A stretch of DNA of 64,000 nt from Octopus vulgaris (lineage: Eukaryota), in contig OX597820.1 of NCBI GenBank assembly GCA_951406725.2, positions 67,394,001 to 67,458,000 of the forward strand, written 5' to 3'. The translations under genes were made by a program, and so were the position numbers. Below are positions 1-12,394 of this stretch, in pieces. The notes under the pieces were generated by a model. It did no database searches. It was not told the origin of the DNA and was given only the letters and a program-made list of their open reading frames with translations. The first letter of the stretch is position 1; each line of letters begins with the position of its first letter.

Positions 1-254
1 TAATCAACAAGGTTTTTCTGTTATTTGGATCTCAGTGAAACAGTATTTATGTATCTTTATTCCTGAATGGAGTTTAACCAAGAATGTATTATCTCTTATT
101 AAATTACAGAGTAGTTATATTAATTAATATCTTGAGCTATGTTGAACAATGTTGATTCTCATTTCTCTGACAAGATATCTTTTAAAAGAAATCTAATTTT
201 CTTTTCTACTCTGTATTCCAATTGCCTTGAATAAATAATATTAATATCAGTAAA

Positions 255-388
255 AAATACCTTAGGAATGAGAACTCAGGGTTGGGCTCAAAATTCTACA
301 AGGACACCTGATGAAGGCTGAAGAGTAAATCAGCTGAAACGTGGTAACAAGATGAGGATACATATCCATCCAAAACAAATAATGTAAA
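255..388 (+). mobile_element. Tail fragment of SINE family E with degenerate hammerhead-ribozyme core
   Basis: Matches the reverse complement of 61625-61770. Contains CTGATGA-A-GGCTG..CAGCT-GAAACGT at 308-342. Confidence 0.7.
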
Positions 389-699
389 TTATGGGGATAT
401 AAACAAACCAACACTGGCTGTCAAGCTGGTAGGGGACAAATACAAACAAAGATACAGATGATGGGCTTCCACACTTTCTGTATACCAAACAAATTCATTC
501 AAGGCATTGATCAGTCCAGGGTTATAGTAGTGGAACCTAGAACCACACAACCATGCCTGTATAAGCAGCATCACTGTGAAATGTCATAAGGGCAGCTAGA
601 ACTTGCACTAATGAGCCAAACCATGAAATGTATGGTTTCTAACATAATCCTTTCTACTATAGGCATAAGGCCTGACATTTTTGGGGAGGCAACCAGTGT

Positions 700-841
700 A
701 ACTGATACTTAATTTATTGACCCCGAAAGGATGAAAGACAAAGTCAACTCCGGCGGCATTTGAACTCAGAATGTGATGACAGACAAAATACTACTAAGTA
801 TTTCTTCTGGCATGCTAACAACTCTGCCAGCTTGCCACCTT
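700..841 (-). mobile_element. tRNA-derived SINE family B (partial)
   Basis: Reverse complement of the head and central part of 25536-25766 (GAGTTCAAAT B-box, TCATCCTTTCGGGGTC domain). Confidence 0.75.
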
Positions 842-1009
842 TGATTTCAAACATAATGTCATGGTTGGATAATATGCTTTTTATTATAACCACTTGGTTC
901 TCAAGACCATGATGCCATATTAGTGGCAAGAGTTCTCTGTCCAGTTGACCATGCATTTACTCCAATGGTTCTCAGCTAGGGTCTGTCTAATATTTTGTTG
1001 TTAAAATTT

Positions 1010-1290
1010 CATCATCATCATCGCTTAACATCCGCTTTCCATGCTGGCATGGGTTGGATGGTTTGATTGAAATCTGGAAAACTGGGAGGCTGCATCAGGC
1101 TCCAATCTGATCTGGCAAGGTTTCTACAGCTGGATGCCCTTTCTAACACCAACCACTCTGAGAGTGTAATGGGTGCTTTTTACGTGTCACCAGCACGAGG
1201 GCCAGTCAAGCAGTACTGACATCGACCACGCTTGAATGGTGCTTTTTACGTGGCACTGGCACAGGAGCCAGTCAGGTGGCACTAGCAATA
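1010..1290 (-). mobile_element. RTE-clade LINE 3' end
   Basis: (CAT)n start and the conserved tail also seen at 49217-50280, where it is joined to RTE RT C-terminal coding sequence. Confidence 0.75.
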
Positions 1291-1448
1291 AATTGGTTAT
1301 ATTTCTACAATACACAATATTTCAACAATTTTTTTGATACAATTCCTAATAATATCTAATTACAAAAATATATGATTTTTTAAAATCTTTGAATGGCCAT
1401 GAGGATCCATCTGAATAAAATAGGAATCAGAAAGGTCCATAAGTGAAC

Positions 1449-1690
1449 ATGGAGGCATGTGGCTTAGTGATTAGGGTGATAGACTTGTGATCGTGGTTTC
1501 AATTCCTGGACTGGGCAATGCATTGTGTTCTTGAGCAAAACACTTCATTTCACATTGCTCCAGTTCACCCAGCTGGTAAAAATGAGTAAACCTGTGAAGG
1601 ACTGGCATCCCATCTAGGTGGAGAATATATATGCCATGGAAACTGAGAAACGGACCCTTATAACTCGGCATGACTTGAAAAGGTAACCTT
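1449..1690 (+). mobile_element. tRNA-derived SINE family C
   Basis: Head TGGCTTAGTGATT..GGTTTCAATTCC and body TTGTGTTCTTGAGCAAAACACTT. Other copies at 21757, 39608 and 40460 (minus). Confidence 0.75.
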
Positions 1691-3452
1691 TTATTATCAG
1701 TGAAAAATGGTTGGGAACCACTGATTTACATAAAAGAACCATTATGGTAGAACAGGAACGAAAATTATATAGAAAAGTAGTTGATAATGCAATCTTTCTA
1801 AGGAGTATTCTGTAAAATTTTAAAGATTAGCTACGGAATCTTTATAGGAAATACAAACCTAAATTTAACACAGCTATAACACCTTAGTAAATAAGTAGGC
1901 ACTGGTGTTGCTGCATGGTAAGAAGTTTGTTTCTCTTGATTTATGGCTCAGTCCCCCTGGGTGGCACCATAGGCAAGTGTCTTCTACTATGGTCCTGGGC
2001 CAACCAAAACCTTGTAAGTGGATTTGGTAGATAGAAACTGAAAGAAGCCTGTCATATGTGTATGTTTGATAGTTTCTCCTTGCAACAGCACATGATAATT
2101 GTAAGCAAGCTGCACCATCATGCAAATAGTGTCTTTTTATTTTGTGAAAACATCATGGGGGAATATTACCTTAAGTGGTAATAGGAGATGGTTGGCAACA
2201 GGAAGGATGTCCAACTGTAGAAAAAAATTCCCCTCGACAGATTCTATCTAACCCCTGCAAGCATGCAAATGTGGGTGTCAAAACAATAACAATGAGTAAT
2301 TGCAGTTTTAAGTTTGGGTATAACTATTTTCTGTCTGTAATTCTTATGACCCTTCTCTTTCCAAAACTACCAGTAACAGCCACCCAATCCTGAAAAAGGG
2401 GGGAAGTACTTGTCACCTGTTGGAACCTCTCTCAACTTCAACAACAACTATGTCGATCAATTTTTGCTCCCTACAATGATACAACAGTACAAAATGATGA
2501 TGAAATACTTACACTGTAATGGTTTTAAACAAGTAGGGAGAAATCAAAAATTACTCATCTTCTCAGTTACCCATTTTTGCCCCACCCATTTCAGTCTAAC
2601 GTCACGGAAACCGGGTAACCGGTTTTATGACTCCTAAGGCTTTAAGAAAAAAAATCTTTTTTTTTAAATAAAAAAACAACAACTTCTGTCTGAGATATTC
2701 ACTCAAGATTCATTTATTAAAAGATAAAGAACACTTTAAAAAGGAAAAGGAAACTAACACTAGCTTACGACAATAACTCAAATGGTTGTTCCTAGAGATT
2801 GGTGAATCGAGAGCGAGGCTGGTATGTGTATATTAAGTTGAGTGTGTTGATTGAAGAAATCAGAGTCGCTCGAAGTTGTTTACATTTACAGAGAGAAAAA
2901 GGAAGAGACAAAGTTAGTTGTTGACTATTTTATTTATATTCACACTATATGTTAAGTAACTATTTACTTAAGATTTACATCAAAGATTTCTTAATCCTGA
3001 ATTATGTTAAGTAACTATTTACTTCAAAGATTTCTTATTTCCGAATTATCTTGTTCCTTTCGTGTTAGAAAAGTACATTGTACACGTATAATAATAATAA
3101 TATTATTAATAATAGTAATATTCGTATTTTCATTTCTTTACTAATTTACACATTGTTCGAAAAAAAAAAAAAGAAAAGGGAAAGCTTCTTTTAAATGTAG
3201 AACGAAGTGAGTTTCAAAATAAGTACCCTCCTAGCTTATTTTGTTTTCTGAATATTTCTTCGGATTTCTTTTTAAAGCCCCATCAATTGTGATGAAAAAA
3301 AGAATCGATATTTCAATGGTTTCTATCGTTTGCTCCGCTCGTCACTGCATTTCTCATTTTCCGTGGACACAACCGACTGTTTAACTTGTTCATTTTTCAT
3401 TTTTTAAAAACTTAAGGCAAAAATTTTTAAACGCAGGATTTTGCAATTCGGC

Positions 3453-4175
3453 TTTCCTACATATATGTGTCCCGCCCTCGAATTTGTCACCTCGTAACTT
3501 CTAGAAAAACAGATATTTTTTGCTGATGAAAATTTCTACAAAAAACGCATCAGGTGGTGTAGATTCCGATTATCTTGGAATTTGCTGTGAAAAAAAAGAA
3601 AAAGGTTAAAATTCTTTGGGTTGGAAGAGCAGTTTGGGAAAATTCACGAGTTGGCTTTGCTTCCTCGTAACTTTCAGAAAAATGGTTATTTTTTAATGAA
3701 ATTTTGTACAAATACCTTTCAGAGTGTGTCAATTACGATTATATCGAAATGTAATGTGAACACACACACACACTTACATCACATTTTTCCCCAGAAATTT
3801 GAAGTTTCATTTTCTTGTAATGTGATGTGCGTCTGTGTCGGTATGTATGCGTGCCTGCCCACCAACATTTTTTTTTTTTTTTTTTGCTTATTAAATTCCG
3901 ATACAATCGTAATCTACACACTCCGAAAAGTATTTATAGAAAATTTCATTAAAAATTACCAATTTTTCTGAATGTTACGAGTAGACAAGGCCGACTCGTA
4001 TGAATTTTCGAAAATCCTCACCCCCACCCTCGGAAACATTGTTTTCACCACATATTCCGATATAATCAGAAACTACACCATCTGAAACATATCTGTAGAA
4101 AATTTCGTTAAAAAATATCCATTCTTTCGAAAGTTATTAGGCAACGAAGAGCGGGGGCACCCATGTGTAGAAATG
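3453..4175. mobile_element. Foldback-like non-autonomous DNA element with long imperfect inverted arms
   Basis: 3453-3595 is the approximate reverse complement of 4038-4173. A second internal inverted pair lies at about 3645-3760 / 3890-3990. Confidence 0.55.
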
Positions 4176-4186
4176 CCTTACAATTC

Positions 4187-4520
4187 TATTACTCTTTTAC
4201 TTGTTTCAGTCATTTGATTGTGGCCATGCTGAAGCACCACCTTTAGTCGAGCGAATCGATCCCAAGGCTTATTCTTTGTAAGCCTAGTACTTATTCTTTT
4301 GGTCTCTTTTGCCGAACCGCTGAGTTACGGAGACGTAAACACACCAGCATCGGTTGTCAAGCGATGTTGGGGGGACAAACACATAAACATATATACGACA
4401 GGCATCTTTGGTCGGCCCGAGGCTATAATAGAAGACACTTGCCCAAGGTGCCACAAGGTGGGACTGAACCTGGAACCATGTGGTTCGTAAGCAAGCTACT
4501 TACCACACAGCCACTCCTGC
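4187..4520 (-). mobile_element. tRNA-derived SINE family A (the most abundant family in the window)
   Basis: Minus strand reads GGAGTGGCTGTGTGGTAAG..GGTTCAGTCCC (A/B boxes) and ends ..GACTGAAACAAGTAAAAGAG. More than 15 copies or fragments, e.g. near 6732, 8895, 10477, 25926, 28470, 28965, 32790, 36205, 39995, 42737 and 57995. Confidence 0.85.
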
Positions 4521-4629
4521 TGAATAAATAATTTTTAAAATCATAAATTCAATATTTAAAAAAATAACATACATAATTTTTTACAAAATTTAAAGTTTCG
4601 TTTTGTAGAAGTGTGTGAGTGCACAGCCG

Positions 4630-4678
<49 letters not shown>

Positions 4679-5230
4679 CAAGCAATTCCAATATGCACCA
4701 TCAGAAAGGTAATTGCAAAACTTTTAGTTAAAAGCATACCCAATTTTCTGAAAGTTAGGAGGAAATAAAATCGTTGAGCCGGGTGTCACACTCGTGTAAG
4801 GTATGCCAAACGTTCAGTTGGATAGATTTTTTTCCTACCTGCAAACTATTAAAATGATTTATTAAAATATATACACTAATGCACACGCGTAAAATTTATA
4901 CATAAAATCAAACTTCTGTACCTATGACGATGCAGTTTGCACTAGAATTCACAATTTGTTGTTTTTCATGAAATGCAGACTAAGTGAAAATGTCACTACC
5001 ACGCAACTTAAATAGTGAAAGCAGCATGCAGATCATTTCCGAGAAATGTATAAATATATATATCTTTTATCGGTGAACAGTAATAATAACAACGGAGATG
5101 TACTTGCATAGCAAGTGACTTGATCTGAGATCGTGTGCTGAAACGAAAACAATTGCAGCGTGGAAGGTGTTTGTAAGCCATTTAAGAAACACACAAAACC
5201 CGTTCGATTCACTTCAACATTTAAGTTTAA

Positions 5231-5281
5231 TTTGTCAAAATATTTTCGTCGCTTTAAGACCGCGACCTGTTCACTGACAAA
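5231..5281 (-). ncRNA. Minimal type I hammerhead-ribozyme-like fold with G3:C8 covariant core
   Basis: Minus strand: TTTGTCA-GTGAACA-G-GTCGC-(9 nt)-GCGAC-GAAA-ATATTT-TGACAAA. Stems I and II are perfect and stem III is palindromic. Confidence 0.6.
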
Positions 5282-5397
5282 AATCCGTGCTGCATCATAA
5301 TAACACCAGTGAAAAAACACCATTGACAAAAGTAGAATAAAGTTTTTACGTATGTATATGTTTTTATGACACTGTATATAGTCATCGTATGTATGTA

Positions 5398-5428
<31 letters not shown>

Positions 5429-5575
5429 AAAAGCATTGTAGTTCGCTTGAAGCATTGTGTATTGTTTGTAAAGAATAAAAAGTTTTGAATGGTACAACAA
5501 TGCGCTATAATACAGACAATGGGCTATATACCTGTTGTAATTTACTCATCCATAGTCTGATTATATATATATATA

Positions 5576-6225
5576 TCATCATCATCATCATTTAGCGTCC
5601 GCTTTCCATGCTAGCATGGGTTGGACGGTTCAACTGGGGTCTGTGAAGCCAGAAGGCTGCATCAGGCCCAGTCTGATCTGGCAGTGTTTCTACGGCTGGA
5701 TGCCCTTCCTAATGCCAACCACTCCATGAGTGTAGTGGGTGCTTTTTACGTGCCACCCGCACAGGTGCCAGACGGAGCTGGCAAACGGCCACGAACGGAT
5801 GGTGCTTTTTACGTGCCACCGGCACGGGGGCCAGGCGAGGCTGGCAACGGCCATGAACGGATGGTGCTTTTTATGTGCCACCAGCACGGAGGCCAGTCGG
5901 GTCGGGGCTGGCAACGGCCACGATCAGATGGTTCGCTTACTTGTCACCGGCACTGGTATCACAGCTGCAATTTCCATTGATGTTGATCGACTTCGATTTT
6001 GGTTCTGCTTTCTGATATCTGATTTGATTTGGTTTGATTTTGATTTTCACTTGCCTCAACGGGTCTTCACAAGTGGAGTTTTGTGTCCCAAGAAGGAAAG
6101 GTATGTATAAGTCGACTGGCTACATACCAGGTAGAGGCCACGGGTTATGGTCTCACTAGTCTTGCCGGGTCTTCTCATGCACAGCATACTTCCATAGGTC
6201 TCGGTCTCTCGTCATTTCCTTGGTG
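5576..6225 (-). mobile_element. RTE-clade LINE 3' end with internal ~60-bp tandem repeats
   Basis: (CAT)n tail and repeated GGTGCTTTTTACGTGCCACCGGCAC units. Nearly identical to 62393-62752. Confidence 0.8.
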
Positions 6226-6415
6226 AAGGTGTTTATAAGCCATTTAAGAAACACACAAAACCGTTAGATTCACTTCAACATTTAAATTTAATTTATCTAA
6301 ATATTTTCGGCGCTTTGAGACCGCGACCTGTTCACTGGCAAAGCTTTGTATAGTTTCTAGAAAACATAAATCCGAAAGAAGCACACTCTAAGATGTTGAG
6401 CAGTATATATTAAAA

Positions 6416-6573
6416 ATGAGGAAGGCCGGTTTATGGGATTACCTCATGTTTCACGTCAATAAAGGGTTGAGTTTTATGGGCCAACAGGTTTTTGGTATCT
6501 GACAATATGCCTTAAAGCTAAACCGTTTATGGGCGGGAAACCTAATATAATCCCATAAACCGGCTTTCCCCAT
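6416..6573. mobile_element. Small MITE
   Basis: ~25-bp TIRs with core GCCGGTTTATGGGATTA / TAATCCCATAAACCGGC. Confidence 0.6.
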
Positions 6574-8040
6574 ATATATTTTGTTTGTCATTTGTGGTTT
6601 GGTAAGCAAGCTACTTACCACATAGCCTTATGTATGTATGTATAAAGTAAAGAATGGAATTGGTAAAATACGGACTACGAGCTAATAGTTTATATTTCAG
6701 TAAACTTGTGCCATTTTTACCTAAATTCGTCTTTTATCTTTTACTTGTTTCAGTCCTTTGATTGCGGCCATGCTGGGGCACCACCTTACTCAAACAAATC
6801 GATTGCTGGACTTATATTTTAAAGCCTAGTACTTATTTTATCAGACTCCATTGCCAAACCACTAAGTTACGGAAACAGAAACACACCAACACCGGTTGTC
6901 AAGCTGTGGTGGGGGACACACAAATGCAGCCATAAATATATTCATACACGACGGGCTTCTTTCAGTTTCCGTCTACCAAATTCACTCTCAAAGCTTTGGT
7001 CAGCCCGAGGCTATAGTAGAAACATGCCCAAGGCTGTGCAATGAGACTGAACCCAGAACCATATGGTTGGGAAACAAGCTTCTTATCACACAGCCACACC
7101 TGTATGTGTGTTTAAAAACCTGTGTATGTGTGTGTATATATATTTTTATATACACACTCACACACTAGCAATGCAACCCGGCGTTGCCCAGTTGTTATGC
7201 CCTACATTCACATTATTTGTATTATTTGTTTCTTTGTTATGGGCAGAACCAGCACATGAAGAATATGAGGCCAACAACTCTTTATAAATATTTTTTCCGG
7301 TCATTTTCTGATGAACAACACTGCAGTTTCCATCTACCAAATTCAGTCAGAAGTCTGTGGTTTGCCTAGGCCTATAGTAGAAAACACTTGCCCAAGGCAC
7401 CATACCGAGGTGCTGAACATGGAACCACATGGTTAGAAAGCAAACTTTTCAACCACACAGTCATTCTTGCACCTAATAAGTGTGTGTGTTTTGACATTTG
7501 TTAAATTAAGTATTGTGTCCCACGATGTCTCAAAGTTAGCAGTTCATCAAGCAGTGATCTATAAAATAAATACTAGATTGAAATACGTACTGAGGTCAGT
7601 ATAATCAATTAAATTTTTGAAGGTGATGCCCCATCGTGGCAACAGTCGAAAGACTAAACAACACTTCGAATTTAAGTTAATGGATTGCTAACCACAATAT
7701 AATGAGTTATATGTACATCTTGGTCTACTTGACTTCCAAAAATTAACAATTGTAATTTGAAGTTGAATGGTTTACAATAAAAAAAGATGTCCAGATATCT
7801 TTAAAAAATATTCTCAGGCAGAGTTGCCTTCTTTAGCTAAAGAACTCAAAATTGTGTGACCTGACCTTGTTTTTGAGGTTATTTTTGTAGTAAAAAAAAG
7901 AGTTGCTGTGAAAAAAATGTGCTTAATTTGGTAGCCGAATGTTTTGATACTTCATATGTCAAAATCAGCAACTTGGTTTTTGAACTCATAAGGAACACAC
8001 ACACACACACACACACAATGTTTTATATATCATATATATA

Positions 8041-9510
8041 TATGCTGGATGTGCAATGTCAGTGTGCTTGTATGACAGTGTGAGCATCCTGATAGAAAAA
8101 TTGGGCAGAAGAGGTATCAGATGTGTGCAAGAGAGAAGACTGCTGGTCTGGCCATGTGATGTGTATGGATAAGGACAGTTGCGTAAAGAAGTGCTGGCCT
8201 CTAACTGTTGAGGGAACCTATGAAAGAGGTAGACCCAAGAAGACATGAGACAAGCATGATCTTTGGTTGTTAGGTCTCAAGGAAGCGATGACAAGTAGTT
8301 GAGACCTTTTGGCGATTAGCTGTACTTAAAAAGACTTGTCAAGCCAAGTGAAATTATGGACAGTGCTGGTGACATGTAAAAGGCACTCACTACACCAGCG
8401 TTTCTCAAATGGGGTTCTGCGAGAAAGGGTGAGATAAGCTAATGTTAATTTCATGATGATGATCATCATCATCATTTAACATCCGCTTTCCATGCTGGCA
8501 AGGGTTGGATGGTTTGACTGAGGACTGGCAAGCCAGAAGGCTGTACCGGGCTCCAATCTGATCTGGCAAGGTTTCTACAGCTGGATGCCTTTCCTAATGC
8601 CAACCGCTCTGAGAGTGTAGTGGGTGCTTTTTACGTGCCACCAGCACGAGGGCCAGTCCTGCGGTACTGGCATCGACCACGCTTGGATGGTGCTTTTTAC
8701 ATGCCACTGGCATGGGAGCCAGTCAGGTGGCACTGTAAATGACCATGCTTGATTGGTGCTTTTATGTGCCACCACCATGGGACCAGTCAGGTGACACTAG
8801 CATTGGCCACAACAATGATTTCACTTGACTCAGCAGGTCTTCTCAAGCACAATTTATGTGTGTGTATATATATATGATATTTACCACGTGGACTACTCTT
8901 TTACTTCAGTCATTTGACTGGCCATGCTGGAGCACTGCTTTTATTCTTTGTAAGCCTAGTACTTATTCTGTCTCTTTTGCCAAACTGCTAAGTTATGGAG
9001 ATGTAAACACACCAGCATCAGTTGTCAAGCGATGTTGGGTGGACAAATGCACTCACAAACATACACACACACATACATATATATATATGATGGGCTTCTT
9101 TCAGTTTCTGTCTACCAAATCCACTCACAAGACTTTGGTTGGCCCGAGGCTATAGCAGAAGACACTTGCCCAAGGTGCCACACAGTGGGACTGAACCCGG
9201 AACCATGTGGTTGGTAAGCAAGCTACTTACCACACAGCCACTCCTGCGATGAAAAAAATATAAGATATGGTATATGATTTTTTTTGTGAAGGGGTTCTTT
9301 GAGACGTAATTCATTTTAAGGGTTACACAGGAGTAAAAAGGTTGAGAAACACTGCACTACACTCTTGGAGTGGTTGGCATTAGGAAGGGCATCCAGCTGT
9401 AGAAACCAAGGCAAATCAGAGTGGAGCCTGGTGCAGCTCTCTGGCTTACCAGTTTCATTTGAACCATGTAAACCATGCCAACATGGAAAACATTCTCTAA
9501 ATGATGATAG
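8041..9510 (+). mobile_element. RTE-clade LINE 3' fragment interrupted by a hAT MITE
   Basis: Degenerate RT C-terminus (..RGRPKKT..) at 8041-8340. The tail resumes at 9355 after the MITE. Confidence 0.7.
8396..9354. mobile_element. hAT (Charlie-like) MITE with nested RTE tail (8455-8850) and SINE A (8895-9248)
   Basis: TIRs CAGCGTTTCTCAA / TTGAGAAACACTG. Perfect 8-bp TSD CACTACAC at 8388-8395 and 9355-9362. Confidence 0.85.
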
Positions 9511-10476
9511 AAAAGCTTAACATGGCCTCTACTCAAGGATGATATGCAAATTCATAAAGCATTCTATATTTTTCAGTGAGTGTGAAATTAAACTAATAAT
9601 CTTAAAGGTGGTGCTTCAGCATGGCTGCAGTTTCTGGTTGAAACCAGTAAAAGAGGAGAAAAAGAAGAAGAAGAAGAAGAAAGATAAGTAAAAAACGAAA
9701 CAAGAAAGGAATGTAAAAAAGTAAGAGGAAGGAAAGGGTGTTCTAGACTGGTCATAGAAAAAATAGCAGACAAGTAGGTCAATGGACTTTGGTAAACTAG
9801 TGACAAGTAGAAACAGATATATGAATAAAAAACAAAAAAAAACAAATATAAAATGACATATGACTGTATAATGTATAGCTAATGATAATCATTGATGTAA
9901 TGATTGTTATATTTTGACTTGAGGAGAGAGTGGTTCTATCATTTTTGGGGAGAAAGAGATCGGAAGTTGTGATGGTCATCCATTTTCCAGTATCATTAAC
10001 ATTGAAAGTATTGCTGTTGTTTAGCTCCAGGTCAACCCCGAGAAGCACATATATGGTCAAAGGCATTCTGTCTGTGACCATCCTGTATTCTTTTCAAACA
10101 TTATTCTATCTAGGGATCCTGTTAAATTTCTAGGACTGGCTACTGTGTCTAATGTTTTTGTTTTTTTTTCCGTAGATTGTAAATGTGATTTGAGGAATAT
10201 TTGGCTTCTACTTGTCTGTATAGAGGTTTTTGTTGGGTGTAGGTGAAGAAGATAAATGACACCATTCCAAATTAAATGAAACTGCAGGTCACATGTACTT
10301 TAACATTCTATAGTTAGAAGCAACACATGATTAATCTGATTTTTTGGCTGCATTTCAAAACTACAGTTTTGAAGAGGCAAAGGGAACATGTTTAGCATGT
10401 TCCCTTCTCCTCCCTTCAAAGTACATTTGTGGAGTAAATGAAATAAAATGAGATCACAGATTCAGCCCACTACCCT

Positions 10477-11405
10477 CCGAACCACATGGTTCTGGGTTCA
10501 GTCCCTCAGTGTGGGACTTTGGGCAAGTGCCTACTACTATATCCTCGGTGATCAAAGCCTTGTGAGTGGGTTTGGTTGACAGAATCTGAAAGAAGCTTGT
10601 ATGTGGGAGAGGGGGAACAGTCCCTTGCAGTTGACCTTTCAACAGCAATACTTTCACAAGGCCTTTCTCCTCCATTTTGAAGATTAGGGTCAGATGTATG
10701 TAAAGCCAAGCACTTTATGGACGCAAAACCCTGGGTAACCCTATGAACTGGCCATAACTATCTTTAAATATATGTGTGTGTATCTTTATTGTCAGTGTTT
10801 GTCCTCTACTACTGCTTGACAACCAGTGATGGCTTGTTTATATCCCCTTAACTTAGCAGTTTGGCAAAAGACACTGATAGCATAAGTATTGAGATTGATT
10901 CGTTTGACTAAAAGCTCTTCAAGGTGGTGCCCCAGCATGGCCACAGTCTAACTGAAACAAGTAAAAGATAAAAGATATAGTAATGACTTCTAACTGGTAG
11001 AACACCTCAAACTTTTCAAAGAGGATATCAATCCTGTTGACCCCGGAAAGACGAAAGGTAAATTTGAAACCCTCTCCCTAGTCTTCAGTTATAATTACAA
11101 TCACATTTTGGATATAATCCGGGGTTTTGCATCCGTAAAGTGCTTAGCTTTACATACATCTCATCTGACCCTAATGGCTGGTGTCCTATAACCAATCTTC
11201 AAAATGGAGGACAAAGGCCCCGTAGCTAGTTTTTCAACACACATACAAAGAAGAAAGGTCAACCGCAAGGGACTGTTCCCCGTCTCCCACATACAAGCTT
11301 CTGTCAACCAAGCCCATTCACAAGGCTTTGATCACCGAGGATATAATAGTAGGCACTTGCCCAAAGTGCCACACTGAGGGACTGAACCCAGAACCATGTG
11401 GCTGG
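10477..11405. repeat. Local inverted duplication of a SINE A head plus adjacent insert
   Basis: 10480-10730 is the approximate reverse complement of 11120-11402, and the two arms share private substitutions. Confidence 0.75.
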
Positions 11406-12394
11406 GAAGCTAGTGGGCTGAATCACTGTCATCTGGTTCAGCAACTTGCCTGGACCAATAAGTCATATTTAGCTTTCGGTAGCTGAATGGCTTATATGCA
11501 CACACCACAACTACAGATGATAGCAGTAATTTGCTAACTGAACTGGCTGGTCCTGGCTTTTGACAGTTTGTTGTCTGTTCAACCTGCTCAGCATCTATTG
11601 GCATTCGTCATTCATTCAATAAGTTGTTCATCTGAAATAGTTCACATCCACCACGTTGCATTTCGTGGTTTCAACATAACCCTGGCTTGGGTGTTTACTA
11701 GGTGCTAGGCCTTTCCAAGGAACCGTCCATTATTTGGGGTTGTTTATTTCCATATTTACATTCACAGCTGGCTTCTGTTTATATGCTGATTAACCCATAA
11801 CTGGGACCCTGACAGGTGCTATTACTCCGGATCAGAGTAAACCTGGGAACAATAGCGGCTAAAAAGTGGTTACACACTCTTCAAAAACCCTGGAACTCCC
11901 AAATTAGGGCTCCACTTCGTTATGCATACTGGATGTAGTATAGGAATATATTCAAGTCAGCACCAGCACTTGACTGGTACTTGAGATTTTTAACTCTGGA
12001 TTGGTGAAAGTCAAATTTTATTTCTGTGTGATTTGAACTCAGAATGTAAAATGTAATTAAATACACCAAGGCGTTTTGTTCAGTGCTCTACCAATTCTGC
12101 CAATCCACTTACTCTGTAATTCTTTCTAATTTTAGCTTGAGGCCAGCAATTTTATAGGTGGGGGTCAATTACATTGATTCCCCCCCACACCCAGTACCCA
12201 ACTGGTATTTATTTTATCGGCACCTATTAGATGAAAAGCAAAGACGACTTTGGCAGCACTCAAACTCAGAATGTGAAGAACTATGAAAAATGCTGCTAAG
12301 TATTTTGCCCAGTGTGATAAGAGATCCAACACCTTACTGCCATCACTTACTCTATAATAATGAGCAATAATTAATTCCTCGTTTTAGCATTTAA

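Larger units (their letters stand above)
963..1723. mobile_element. hAT (Charlie-like) MITE with nested RTE tail and SINE
   Basis: Termini CAATGGTTCTCAGC and GTTGGGAACCACTG. Imperfect 8-bp TSD ATTTACTC/ATTTACAT. Confidence 0.55.

Noticed and set aside
2790-2830. Possible BCAP31 promoter or first exon (ATTGG box, GGTATGT donor)
   Set aside because: Such short motifs occur by chance, and there is no supporting evidence without transcripts.
4299-4490. Recurrent ORFs with SFAEPLSYGDVNTPASVVKRCW or LLSVSVYQIHSQGFG
   Set aside because: They are translations of SINE family A.
5621-6110. Recurrent ORFs such as MDGSTGVCEARRLHQAQSDLAVFLRLDALPNANHS (also at 43635, 49257, 51471, 62435)
   Set aside because: They are antisense translations of the non-coding RTE 3'UTR, not a gene family.
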